Below are positions 49,649 through 58,469 of a DNA stretch of 64,000 bases, one piece after another. Every line of letters starts with the position of its first letter. Within the stretch, counting starts at the first letter, position 1. Origin of the DNA: a virus (taxonomy: Duplodnaviria > Caudoviricetes). The notes under the pieces are model-generated. The model did not search any database, had not been told where the DNA came from, and saw only the letters and a list, made by a program, of their open reading frames with translations. Both the position numbers and the translations under genes were made by a program. The stretch spans positions 165,110 through 229,109 of IMG/VR virus record IMGVR_UViG_3300013713_000001; one strand, 5' to 3'.

Positions 49649-50596
49649 ATGGCGAACACAACCAACTATCCGCATCGTAATGCGGACACGCTGTACTCGG
49701 CGAGTGACGAGTTTGTCACAGCGCTGGGTCTGGAGAACCGCCCGGTTATCAAGGGCGAACTCCACGGTGTTTACGGCTGGGCAGGCTTGGTCTTCGACTA
49801 CCTGAACCAGCAACCCCACCTGGAACAGATGGGCTGGTGCTTCCAACTGACCGGTCCCGCTGCCTTCGCTCGTCTGCCCGCCGGTAAGACCTTCGCATCG
49901 CTCTGCAAAGCGTTCTTCGAGAACCGCTCGCAGAGCTTCGACGGTCTGCGCCTGCAGGTCGACTTCAGCTTCCAGTCGGTGGAGTGGACGGGTCACATCA
50001 TGTCCATTCCGTCCGGGGCTACCCGTAGCCAGGGTTCTGTAACCCACACCGCGATCGATGTCGAGGGCGAAGTCTTCACCAAGCTGTTCGATGTCTGGGG
50101 TCGCTGGCTGATCATGGATCCTGAGCTGCAAAACGCCAAGATCATCATTCTCGATGATCCAGGTCCCCTGCTGCTGGATGACCAGTCCTGCACGAACATC
50201 TACTTCACTCCGACTCGGAACCTGCGCGACGTTGCTCACGCGGCTCTGAACATCGGAATGATGCCGAAGTCCTTGGTCCCGATCGAGATCAAGCGCGACA
50301 AGACGTCCGAGCGGGAGATGCGTACCATTCAGATGGAGTTCACCGGCCTGCTCGAGTGGGACACCTTGGCGGTGAAACAAATCGCCCGTGGCTTCCTCAA
50401 GCGTCTGCCGTTGTACAACCCGGATGCCGTGGCAGCACCTAGCGCTTTCCTCAACCCGACTGCAACGGTCGATGGGGCAGCGGGCGGTACCCTCAAGCAG
50501 ATGGACTCCGAGAAGATCAAAGTCTCCAAGGAACCGGCCAGCACGGCGGACTACCCTGGCGCGATCTCCGCGGACGAAGTCGGCTACCTCGGCTAA
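49649..50596 (+). CDS. Tail tube protein (phiKZ gp30-like)
   Basis: 315 aa directly after the sheath gene; WLIMDPE, MMPK and IKRDKT...EFTG motifs. Confidence 0.82.
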   Translation: MANTTNYPHRNADTLYSASDEFVTALGLENRPVIKGELHGVYGWAGLVFDYLNQQPHLEQMGWCFQLTGPAAFARLPAGKTFASLCKAFFENRSQSFDGLRLQVDFSFQSVEWTGHIMSIPSGATRSQGSVTHTAIDVEGEVFTKLFDVWGRWLIMDPELQNAKIIILDDPGPLLLDDQSCTNIYFTPTRNLRDVAHAALNIGMMPKSLVPIEIKRDKTSEREMRTIQMEFTGLLEWDTLAVKQIARGFLKRLPLYNPDAVAAPSAFLNPTATVDGAAGGTLKQMDSEKIKVSKEPASTADYPGAISADEVGYLG

Positions 50597-50612
50597 GTAA
50601 TAACCGCAGGTC

Positions 50613-50647
50613 TAACCCCCTCCAGCCCACAAGGCTGGAGGGGGTTA
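50613..50647. terminator. Hairpin between convergent genes
   Basis: TAACCCCCTCCAGCC-cacaa-GGCTGGAGGGGGTTA, 15-bp stem. Confidence 0.78.
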
Positions 50648-50655
50648 TGTATGCC

Positions 50656-51072
50656 TCACGGCCAGTTGCAGATTTTGCCCGCCGAGCAATACAGTTTCTC
50701 GTTCCGCTTGATCACCACTTCCCGATAGACGTCGAGGTCCCTGCTGTGCGACGCTTTGCGGCTTCCCGGTGGATCATTGCGCATGATGAACTCGTTTATC
50801 TGTCCGTCGGTATAGAACGAAGGAAAGATAATGTCCCAGCCTTCCAAGCGTTTAACAAAGTAGGGGGCTGGGCAGTTCTTTTGTCTTTTCAGCCGGAGCT
50901 TTCCTGCAAAGATACCTAGCCGAAAGCTAAAGACGTAGCCACTACACACCTTTACAAGTTCGTAGTTCATCTCCCTCGAGACGAGAAACCTGTAAAAGAG
51001 TACGAAACCTAGGGTGGCGTACACGACTAAAAAGATAAGGTTCATGGCGATGTCAATTAAACTCTCGTACAT
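50656..51072 (-). CDS. Hypothetical membrane-anchored protein
   Basis: 138 aa with N-terminal hydrophobic segment LIFLVVYATLGFVLFY; AGGAG RBS. Confidence 0.6.
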   Translation of the reverse strand: MYESLIDIAMNLIFLVVYATLGFVLFYRFLVSREMNYELVKVCSGYVFSFRLGIFAGKLRLKRQKNCPAPYFVKRLEGWDIIFPSFYTDGQINEFIMRNDPPGSRKASHSRDLDVYREVVIKRNEKLYCSAGKICNWP

Positions 51073-51083
51073 GAGTCTTTCTC

Positions 51084-51755
51084 CTAGCGGTTACGGGTTA
51101 CAGCAGTTGTTACTTCACGTTTGAATTTAGCCACTTCATAACTGAACGTCCTTTTCGCAGATCCTGAAATAGCCGGCCACAGATTACCTTGCGGTCCGTA
51201 GTAATCTAAAAACTCCTGAAGATCTTTATCAGCTCTCTCTTTTTGTTGTACACCTCCTCTGAAGATATCGTACAGTTCTTGATACTTAAAATTAACAACG
51301 TTCGTTAGTAGCCGAGTGTTGTGCACAAGCAATTGCAACCTAACCTGAGGGGAAGGTCGTAACGACTGGGGCATCAATGGCTTACAGGACCGGCTAATAA
51401 AACACAGCTCATCATGACTAAACATCTCGGGAGCGTATATCTTTAGGAACAGCCATGAGATCCCAGGGGAGAGCTCATAAGGCTTTTCGGTGGTAAAGGG
51501 TCTGCCCGTTTCAGTCAAGCTCATGATCGCATAGAGCAGTTTACAATCGGTTTTTTCAAGGCCGCTGGTCTGATCGATTAATCGGTCAAGTACCTTTAGA
51601 CTGTTCCTCAAATATTCATGGTCAAAGCTGTTGTAGGGATTCTCCCGCATGTGGTCATACACAACCGCAATGAACCGCTCCGGAAAATAAGCGGACAAGA
51701 TGTTGTGAATATCCTGATAGACCTTGATGTCCTTTAGCGTTCGAGGTCTACTCAT
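51084..51755 (-). CDS. Hypothetical protein, possibly degenerate HD-domain fold
   Basis: Start placed at ATG 51755 by GGAG RBS, because the longer ORF runs through a terminator. Confidence 0.6.
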   Translation of the reverse strand: MSRPRTLKDIKVYQDIHNILSAYFPERFIAVVYDHMRENPYNSFDHEYLRNSLKVLDRLIDQTSGLEKTDCKLLYAIMSLTETGRPFTTEKPYELSPGISWLFLKIYAPEMFSHDELCFISRSCKPLMPQSLRPSPQVRLQLLVHNTRLLTNVVNFKYQELYDIFRGGVQQKERADKDLQEFLDYYGPQGNLWPAISGSAKRTFSYEVAKFKREVTTAVTRNR

Positions 51756-51785
51756 TACCAAAACTCCGAAAAAAAATAAGAGGGT

Positions 51786-51809
51786 TAGGGAGTGATTACT
51801 CACTCCCTA
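51786..51809 (-). terminator. Intrinsic terminator
   Basis: TAGGGAGTGA-ttac-TCACTCCCTA with a U tract on the minus strand. Confidence 0.75.
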
Positions 51810-51815
51810 CTTCGC

Positions 51816-52259
51816 TCAGTCAACGTGAGTGAGATTTTCCGACCGTAACGCTTTGTGGTTGATGTAGAAACGCATTCCGTTCGGCACACATTCCCTATAG
51901 TTTGTTTCTTTACCATGGTCTAGCTCTTTAATGTGACCGCTGAGTTCCCACCCCTTCTTGCTAGCAGTGACTGCTAACATGCCTTTAGCGCGCGGGAAGT
52001 ACAGTTCGATCGATGCATCATTAGGGTCTACACCACTCACTGCGATGCCTACATCAACAGCGGGGTGAGATTCTTTCTTTGGGTCGATGTCCGAAAGTTC
52101 TTGAACTGTCCAGAGATCAGTATCAGGATCATTCATAAGGACAAGTACAGTGTCCCCAGGAACATTCAACCGGCAGAATAAAACCACTTCGTCTTCGGCG
52201 TATGCAGCAGGCATGATAGCTGCAAAAGCCAGGATTGCAGCCAATACCAGTGTTTTCAT
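51816..52259 (-). CDS. Secreted/periplasmic protein with Sec signal peptide
   Basis: MKTLVLAAILAFAAIMPAAYA|EDE: basic N-region, hydrophobic core and A-x-A cleavage site; two Cys in the mature part. Confidence 0.75.
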   Translation of the reverse strand: MKTLVLAAILAFAAIMPAAYAEDEVVLFCRLNVPGDTVLVLMNDPDTDLWTVQELSDIDPKKESHPAVDVGIAVSGVDPNDASIELYFPRAKGMLAVTASKKGWELSGHIKELDHGKETNYRECVPNGMRFYINHKALRSENLTHVD

Positions 52260-52342
52260 TGCTAACTCCTGTAGGGGGTGCGTATCCGTTGTTTATCGTC
52301 CCCAGGCAAACAGCTTATCCAGCAAGCTAGTTTCCTGGGGTT

Positions 52343-52810
52343 TCACTTTGGGATAACGTTGAGTTCCCGAACGTTATCCTTTTGACCGTGACGGATCCGG
52401 CTGCGACCAATACGGTTGTAGAGGTCGGCCAGACTCGTCCCGATGTTTTCTTTGATGTCGAAGTCAGTGATGACCAGGCTGAATTGAGCGATCGACAAGT
52501 AGCTACCGCCCAGCAGAAACTTCAGCGCGGCATTAGCGTTGTAGCAGAGCGAGAAGCTCGAACCGGTTACCCGCTCATAAACTACTACGGTATCCAGGTC
52601 GGTACCGATGAGCAGGATACGAACACCTGTGTCGAGGTCTTTCGTTTTGGCCACTTCACCAACCTTCAGGTCGAGGTTTACTGCGCCGTCATAACCGGGA
52701 CCTACCGAACTTCTCCAGGACTCCTGGAAAGCCACCGAACGGGTTACGGTAGCCAGTACGTTTTCGAAACGCTTGGCTAGCTCTACGCTTTCGTCAAGAA
52801 CTTTAAGCAT
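52343..52810 (-). CDS. Hypothetical protein
   Basis: 155 aa with AGGAG RBS, directly behind an early promoter. Confidence 0.75.
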   Translation of the reverse strand: MLKVLDESVELAKRFENVLATVTRSVAFQESWRSSVGPGYDGAVNLDLKVGEVAKTKDLDTGVRILLIGTDLDTVVVYERVTGSSFSLCYNANAALKFLLGGSYLSIAQFSLVITDFDIKENIGTSLADLYNRIGRSRIRHGQKDNVRELNVIPK

Positions 52811-52854
52811 GTTAAATCTCCTAGTGGTAAATAGAGCAGAGTGCTTTATTCACC

Positions 52855-52875
52855 CTAGTGATATAGGTTTGAGAA
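52855..52875 (-). promoter_or_regulatory. phiKZ-type early promoter
   Basis: Minus strand reads TTCTCAAACCTATATCACTAG. Confidence 0.7.
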
Positions 52876-52913
52876 CATCCTTAAGTGAAAAATAAAGAGA
52901 AGCAGACATAACC

Positions 52914-52942
52914 CCAGTACCTGCCCTAAGGGCAGGTACTGG
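52914..52942 (-). terminator. Hairpin downstream of tmk
   Basis: CCAGTACCTGCCC-taa-GGGCAGGTACTGG, 13-bp stem. Confidence 0.72.
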
Positions 52943-52957
52943 TAGTTACGAGGTTAC

Positions 52958-53614
52958 TCAACTGAAGTGATCGCTACCTTTCCACAGGGTAATGGAATCA
53001 CGCAGGTGCGAGATGACTTGCTCTGCAATGGCATCCTTGTCCTGAGTTGCGTCGATGATCACGTAGCGCCCAGGATGACGACGCGCCACAGTCAGATAGG
53101 CTTGACGCATTTGTTCCTGCTTCTCAACCCCTGCGCGATCGAACTGATCACGACGCTTCTCTTCTTCGGAGACCCGTGCGGTAGCGATCTCCCCTGGGCA
53201 GTCCAGAAGGTAGGTCCACTGAGGATAGATGCCGATAACGTCATCGTGGAGCTTTACAAGGGTATCCAAGGGAATACCGTTGAATACACTCTGATAGGCA
53301 AAGGTCGTGTCGCAGTACCGATCGGTCACTACCAACTTGCCAGCAGCCAACGCGGGTCGGATAACCTTATTCGTCAGGTCTGACCGGCAGGCGTTGAACA
53401 ACAACGCGTAGCTCATGGGATCCAGAGCAGGCGCATCGTTCAGCCCAGGAAACCCTTCGTTAACCAGGCGACGAATGTACTCGGCATGAGGCGTCCCGCC
53501 GGGTTCACGAACACCCACCCACTCGATAAGGTCCTGGCCTCGTAACCATGAGTCTACCTTGCCGGCTACAGAAGACTTACCACTACCCCCAATACCTTCA
53601 AATGCTACAAACAT
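52958..53614 (-). CDS. tmk: Thymidylate (dTMP) kinase
   Basis: FVAFEGIGGSGKSS P-loop, REPGGT, LLFNACR and DRYCDTTFAYQ motifs. Confidence 0.95.
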   Translation of the reverse strand: MFVAFEGIGGSGKSSVAGKVDSWLRGQDLIEWVGVREPGGTPHAEYIRRLVNEGFPGLNDAPALDPMSYALLFNACRSDLTNKVIRPALAAGKLVVTDRYCDTTFAYQSVFNGIPLDTLVKLHDDVIGIYPQWTYLLDCPGEIATARVSEEEKRRDQFDRAGVEKQEQMRQAYLTVARRHPGRYVIIDATQDKDAIAEQVISHLRDSITLWKGSDHFS

Positions 53615-53617
53615 AGC

Positions 53618-53800
53618 TTAGTCCTTTTTCGGCAGGTCGAGTTCCATGCCGAAATCAAAATGCCGGGGGGCTTCATTCGCCCGTTGAATAGAGAACGGTT
53701 TCGGATTGCGCGGGTTATATGGAATCGGTTCTTCAGGAAACCCTTGCTGTACAGTACCCAGACTCTTGAGCAATTCGGGATCGATCTTTACATCACCCAT
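53618..53800 (-). CDS. Small hypothetical protein
   Basis: 60 aa with GAGGA RBS; fills the operon gap. Confidence 0.6.
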   Translation of the reverse strand: MGDVKIDPELLKSLGTVQQGFPEEPIPYNPRNPKPFSIQRANEAPRHFDFGMELDLPKKD

Positions 53801-53815
53801 GGATGTGTCCTCGTG

Positions 53816-54178
53816 TTAAACCTGAGCAACAGGCTTGCTCTTAACTTGTTCCAACAGTACCTTCAACTTGTCTTGAACATCTGTTTCAGAAATAGTGTAG
53901 CGGGTACTCGAGTGACCAATGCCGTACGTAAGCATTTCCATACGTTCACCCTTGTGGGTAATGCGCGCTACCGGCAGCTCGTAGTGATCGAACCGGTAGA
54001 AGAGAAGGTCGTGGTGCTGGGTGACAGGACGGTGTACGGTTGCGACCGTCAGTCCCAGAGAGTTATCGGGATAGACGTGCGGCAGCTCCTGTGTATTGGC
54101 CAGCAGCATGAGCTCATCGTAGAGGTCATACGTGGTTTCGTTAGGAGTTTTGGCACGGCTGTTCAGTTCCTTCAACAT
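53816..54178 (-). CDS. Hypothetical protein
   Basis: Start likely 54178 or 54193, because the longer ORF crosses a terminator. Confidence 0.6.
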   Translation of the reverse strand: MLKELNSRAKTPNETTYDLYDELMLLANTQELPHVYPDNSLGLTVATVHRPVTQHHDLLFYRFDHYELPVARITHKGERMEMLTYGIGHSSTRYTISETDVQDKLKVLLEQVKSKPVAQV

Positions 54179-54212
54179 TTTTCCTTTCCCCATTGCTACA
54201 AAAAAAAATAAG

Positions 54213-54236
54213 TGTGGTGAACCGAAGTCCACCACA
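54213..54236 (-). terminator. Intrinsic terminator
   Basis: Minus strand TGTGGTGGAC-UUCG-GTTCACCACA followed by a U tract. Confidence 0.78.
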
Positions 54237-54245
54237 GTATTGCAA

Positions 54246-55040
54246 TCAGGCCGCTTCTTTGAGCGTGCTCACGAGTTCTTCGATCTTGGCGATCATCAGT
54301 TGAGACCAGGGTTCGAAGTTGACCTGCTGGTCGTTACGGACGAATTCAGTCGCGCCAGTGGCGATCGAACGGAGCTCGTCTGCAGTGAACCAGCCTTCAG
54401 CTTTGTTGTGGACTTCTTTCATCGCCGGCTCGTACGCTGGGGCAATGACCTGAACACCTGCCAGTACACCGAAGTGAATGTTGCCGACGTAACCCGTCGC
54501 TGGCTGACTGTCCATCACGAAACCGTGCAGCGACGCTTCACCGTAAGGGGTGATGTCGTGGTCGTCGCCGTCGATCTCTTCTTCGCGCTCGCGCTCGTAG
54601 TTTTCCTTGCAGGTAGCCGCGAGGTCGATGATCGAGGTCACCGTACGGCCGTCTTCATTTTCGTGGACGAAGACGTCCGCGATTTCGAAGTGGCCGCCGG
54701 CACCCAGGCTCAGGCGTTGGGCCAGTTGACCCTCGTTGTTTTGCTTGGTGCGACGGTAGACGAAGAACTGAATACCGAAGACCGGGTGTTCACGCCAGAG
54801 GAAGCTGTACATGATGGCTTGGCGTAGCAGGCCGTACGTCTCGTTCAGGGAACGGACCGAACCCATGACCGCTTTCTCCAGGGCGAAAATCACCTTCTCG
54901 GTGTGCTCTTGGGAGAAGATCGTAGCCTGGTTGTCAGGAACCAGCTTGGCCAGCTCACCGGCGTGAACACCAAAGGTGAACTCGGCGTTCTTTTCGGCGA
55001 TACGTTCCAGGACTTGTTCGAAAGGGATGTGTTTGAACAT
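54246..55040 (-). CDS. NUDIX-family phosphoesterase-like protein
   Basis: YRR...E..L....SLGAGGH, REREEEI, VGNIHFG and FEPWSQ match the predicted NUDIX phosphoesterase (COG4112-type) pattern. Confidence 0.78.
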   Translation of the reverse strand: MFKHIPFEQVLERIAEKNAEFTFGVHAGELAKLVPDNQATIFSQEHTEKVIFALEKAVMGSVRSLNETYGLLRQAIMYSFLWREHPVFGIQFFVYRRTKQNNEGQLAQRLSLGAGGHFEIADVFVHENEDGRTVTSIIDLAATCKENYEREREEEIDGDDHDITPYGEASLHGFVMDSQPATGYVGNIHFGVLAGVQVIAPAYEPAMKEVHNKAEGWFTADELRSIATGATEFVRNDQQVNFEPWSQLMIAKIEELVSTLKEAA

Positions 55041-55067
55041 TGTGACTTCCTCAGGGGTTAACGTGGA

Positions 55068-55382
55068 TTAAGAAACTTTGTCGATCACGCCGTTGCCATG
55101 CATGATCGAGAACATCTTGGAACCAATGATCCCAATTGCACGCTGGCAGTCGGCCTGACTGAACTCGGTGCGATCAGCAAGAATGAAGCGGGTACCCGAA
55201 GCATCTTGCTCGACGCTCATCTGGGTAATCCCAACACCTTTCTCAACAACGATGAAGACGGGACGCTTGCCCTTTGCAATGGCTTTCTTGGAGATCTTCA
55301 GAGAAAGCGCTTTGTACTCCCAGGTACGTTCCTTTTCAGGTGCGTTATCCAGGGCCATGTTGAATTCGATAACTCGAGACAT
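55068..55382 (-). CDS. Hypothetical protein
   Basis: About 104 aa with GAGGA RBS. Confidence 0.65.
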   Translation of the reverse strand: MSRVIEFNMALDNAPEKERTWEYKALSLKISKKAIAKGKRPVFIVVEKGVGITQMSVEQDASGTRFILADRTEFSQADCQRAIGIIGSKMFSIMHGNGVIDKVS

Positions 55383-55436
55383 AACCATTCCTCATCTACT
55401 GACGGGTAGATGCTAAAAATTAAATGCAGCATAGGG

Positions 55437-55460
55437 GGTAGTCAGGTCACCCTGACTACC
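55437..55460 (-). terminator. Intergenic hairpin
   Basis: GGTAGTCAGG-tcac-CCTGACTACC, 10-bp stem. Confidence 0.7.
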
Positions 55461-55474
55461 GGACGCTTCGGTGC

Positions 55475-55930
55475 TTAGCTAAACAGCTTCGCCGCCAGAT
55501 CTTGATCAGCAGCGCGGTTCTCGCTCAGCCAGTCGGCCTGCAGCTGGCTGTGGTGGAAGTCCACCGCGGTGGTCTGACCGCCGTAGATGTATTCTTCGCC
55601 GACTTGCTGGCGCAGGTGGTGGGTGGAGTTGATGTCCAGGGCGGTGCCGAGCTTCAGGGTGCTGTCGAGGGTGCTGATGTTTTTGTCTTCGCCGTAGACT
55701 TTGCGACCGATCTGGCTCGTGGCCGCTTCTGCTTGCAGAGCGAGGGTGTTGATGTAGTCGCTGTGCGTGGCGATGGAGTCGAGGGTGATGCCTTCGGGCA
55801 TGCTCAGCTTGCTGGCGTCGAACTCGATGTGGTTCGTGGCCTTGTGGTACTTGTGGTTGTCCACGAGGTTCTGGATGCCTTGCTGCATGCTCTCGCCGAA
55901 TTCTTTGTTCAGGTTTTTCTTGGACGACAT
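55475..55930 (-). CDS. Probably highly expressed early hypothetical protein
   Basis: 151 aa with extreme codon bias like chimallin and PhuZ; own promoter, structured leader and terminator. Confidence 0.78.
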   Translation of the reverse strand: MSSKKNLNKEFGESMQQGIQNLVDNHKYHKATNHIEFDASKLSMPEGITLDSIATHSDYINTLALQAEAATSQIGRKVYGEDKNISTLDSTLKLGTALDINSTHHLRQQVGEEYIYGGQTTAVDFHHSQLQADWLSENRAADQDLAAKLFS

Positions 55931-55955
55931 TGTGAATCTCCATAAAGTAAAGGCA

Positions 55956-56053
55956 ACGGTTATTCTTCTTTGAGAATTCCGTTCAGTGAATTGTGAACCC
56001 TAGGATGACCTAAGCAAGGGATTGGTGTATTCCCTTGTCGGATTGGGTTCCGA
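55956..56053 (-). promoter_or_regulatory. Structured 5' leader with five abutting hairpins
   Basis: Minus-strand stems TCGGA/TCCGA, CAAGGGA/TCCCTTG, CTTAGG/CCTAGG, GTTCA/TGAAC and CGG-ATTCT/AGAAT-CCG. Confidence 0.5.
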
Positions 56054-56064
56054 TCTTGGTCACC

Positions 56065-56085
56065 CTAGTTATATAGGTCTGAAAA
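56065..56085 (-). promoter_or_regulatory. phiKZ-type early promoter
   Basis: Minus strand reads TTTTCAGACCTATATAACTAG. Confidence 0.65.
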
Positions 56086-56088
56086 TAT

Positions 56089-56778
56089 TTAGCCTTGCTC
56101 GGCGATCCGATCATCACCGTAAGACTTTGCCGCGAACAGCTGGTCGACCAACAGATCAACGATGTCGATCGCGTCACTGATGGAATCAGGGTGTTCAGCG
56201 TAGTACACATCACCCGCTTGCAGGAGTTCGGTAAAGAATTTGTCGTTCAGGTTATCGGAGCGACCGAGGCGGATGATGTAATCGCTCAGGACCTTCATGG
56301 AGTCTTCGCTGAACTCTTCGCCCAGCGCAGCCACCAGGTAGGTCACCAGATGTGAGTAACGAACCTCGTCAGTGGTGATACCTGCTTTGATCAGACCTGA
56401 GTCGATGCCCAGCAGGCGCGTGGCGGTCTGCATGAACATCTCTTCGTTGGTCTTGATTTCCATCCCGCCCAAGCGACGCATGATCGCGACCGTGATGGCA
56501 TTGTCGCTTGCCAGGGTTTCTTTCGACAGGGTCCCTGGCAGTGCACCGCTGGCCTTCATGTACACCGCTGCGAGAGTCGTGGTGTAGTTGATGATGGCGT
56601 CTGCCTTACGACCGTCTTGGTGGTAATCAGCGATGTAGTGCGAATCGTCATCCGGGCTGATGCAACGCAGCCACTCCTTCTTCGACACGTCGTACAGTGC
56701 AGCTACCGTGTTCAACGCGTGAAAGGCAGTGCGCAGACGCATGACAGCCGAAATGAAGTTGAGCTTCTTGTTGATCAT
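56089..56778 (-). CDS. Hypothetical protein
   Basis: Start placed at ATG 56778 (MINKKL) by AAGGA RBS. Confidence 0.7.
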   Translation of the reverse strand: MINKKLNFISAVMRLRTAFHALNTVAALYDVSKKEWLRCISPDDDSHYIADYHQDGRKADAIINYTTTLAAVYMKASGALPGTLSKETLASDNAITVAIMRRLGGMEIKTNEEMFMQTATRLLGIDSGLIKAGITTDEVRYSHLVTYLVAALGEEFSEDSMKVLSDYIIRLGRSDNLNDKFFTELLQAGDVYYAEHPDSISDAIDIVDLLVDQLFAAKSYGDDRIAEQG

Positions 56779-56844
56779 GAAAAGTGTCCTTAGAAAAGTA
56801 GTTATTCGCAATATAATGAATTTACAGCAAAAGAACACTTAGCC

Positions 56845-56870
56845 CCTAGAGCCGGGCAACCGGCTCTAGG
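56845..56870 (-). terminator. Hairpin downstream of the protease gene
   Basis: CCTAGAGCCGG-gcaa-CCGGCTCTAGG, 11-bp stem. Confidence 0.72.
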
Positions 56871-56886
56871 AGGCGAGTGCAGTAAC

Positions 56887-57744
56887 TTAGCGGAAAGCAC
56901 CAAGGCTGTTGGTCTGAACGAGCACAGCGGGCGCCTTATTGCGTCCTACGGTGTTCTTGAAATGCTCCACCATCTTCACGACCTGGGTGAACGATTCCTG
57001 ACCGGCGTACTGCTCCTTTACCGCCGGGTTGTTTATCTTCTTCTCACAGACGTAGATCAACTCGTCAACCGTGGTCTCGTAAGCATCCTGGGTCGGGTCG
57101 TGAGGGCGGAAGGTGCTGAGGAAGCTCTCCATGCCCGCACTGAGGTGTTTGCAGGCACGCAGTACACCTTGCTCAGGAACAACGTCAACCGTGCTCCAGT
57201 ACTCGACCTCGCGTGTCGTATCACCCATCTTCAGCGGGGCAGTAACGGTACGAACGCTGAGTGCCGTGTTGATGTCTGGATTCGGCAGGCTTTCTTCGAG
57301 GAACCACTTCTTGTCACCGAACGGGCAGATCTCCACGTCCCACAGAACAGGACCACTTTCACCGCGTTCCAGGTTCCAGATGATCTTGCGGATGTGACCG
57401 GCGATGTTGTCCATGTCGATCATCTTCAAGCGGTTCACCCACTCCCACAGTTCGGTGATCTCTTTACGGACGATTTGCCCGTTGATGACCAACTTGTAGT
57501 AGGGCTGGGGGTGATCCAGCTCGGAGTACATCTGACCTTCGGAAATACGACGATCGAAGTCACTGCCACCGCGACGACACTCTTTCAAGTAATCGTTGTA
57601 GGTGTAGGTGATGCCGTGCCGGTTAGGGATATTGAAGCCACCCCCTGGCATACGCCAGTAACCAGAACCGTCATCGATGGGCTTGATCATCCCACGTTTA
57701 CCACCACTCAGAATCGTGTTGCCTACCGTAATGATCTTGCTCAT
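56887..57744 (-). CDS. Prohead (head maturation) protease (phiKZ gp175-like)
   Basis: SELDHP (catalytic His), ALSVRT (catalytic Ser) and STVDVVPEQG motifs; C-terminal AGME and AGQE possible autocleavage sites; synteny with gp176-178-like genes. Confidence 0.85.
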   Translation of the reverse strand: MSKIITVGNTILSGGKRGMIKPIDDGSGYWRMPGGGFNIPNRHGITYTYNDYLKECRRGGSDFDRRISEGQMYSELDHPQPYYKLVINGQIVRKEITELWEWVNRLKMIDMDNIAGHIRKIIWNLERGESGPVLWDVEICPFGDKKWFLEESLPNPDINTALSVRTVTAPLKMGDTTREVEYWSTVDVVPEQGVLRACKHLSAGMESFLSTFRPHDPTQDAYETTVDELIYVCEKKINNPAVKEQYAGQESFTQVVKMVEHFKNTVGRNKAPAVLVQTNSLGAFR

Positions 57745-58466
57745 CCCGGAACTCCTTTGAGAATCTTCTCGAGGTCAGTGACTTTGGTGTCCGGATTAAC
57801 AATCGCCGCAATGGTGTTGTCTTGCAGATAACCACCGGTCAGTTTAGGAATAGTACCGTCAATCAACATGGCACCGTTGTTAAGCCCTACAATAACCGCA
57901 GGGCGTCCTTCCAGCATGGCTTTACTGTTACGGTATTGCCGATCCTGGTTGTCAGGGTCTCGCATCTGCAGCGACGCGTAAACACGCATGTGCTCAGGAG
58001 ACCCACCCATCTCTGCTCCGGACTGTTGAGCAGCATGGTCATAAAGGGACGTAAAGTCGTCGTCGTTCATATACCAGGGGAGCTTAGCGTAGAAGTTAAA
58101 CTCCATGAAGTAAGCGTAGTTCTTGTTCGGATCCTGAATGTAGTGCAGGGTCTCAAACAACACATCACCTTCTTCAAACTCCAGGATGACGTAAGGCACG
58201 CCATTGATGATGACATCACGAAGTCCCGACGGCGCCATGATCAGATCAGCCAAAGCGATCATTGGGGTATAACACTCCCCTGGAATCACCAACCCCAATA
58301 CCACCGTTGTTGAAACGTGGTTATCAAGGGTGGTAAATCCGTTTTCGACGAAACGTCGGGGGATATGCACCTCAAGGGTACGGTTCACAATAACACTACC
58401 GTCATCCTGAACCGTATACGCTTTCTTGATCTTGGCCCTGTCTCGCTTTAGAGAGCCAACGTCCAT
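57741..58466 (-). CDS. Conserved core protein (phiKZ gp176-like)
   Basis: 241 aa, ATGA-coupled to the protease; KLPWYM, RDPDN and KLTGGY motifs. Confidence 0.68.
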   Translation of the reverse strand: MDVGSLKRDRAKIKKAYTVQDDGSVIVNRTLEVHIPRRFVENGFTTLDNHVSTTVVLGLVIPGECYTPMIALADLIMAPSGLRDVIINGVPYVILEFEEGDVLFETLHYIQDPNKNYAYFMEFNFYAKLPWYMNDDDFTSLYDHAAQQSGAEMGGSPEHMRVYASLQMRDPDNQDRQYRNSKAMLEGRPAVIVGLNNGAMLIDGTIPKLTGGYLQDNTIAAIVNPDTKVTDLEKILKGVPG

Positions 58467-58469
58467 ACC

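Noticed and set aside
47458-49665. 735-aa minus-strand ORF antisense to the tail sheath gene
   Set aside because: Same codon-bias shadow effect, in exact register with the sheath gene.
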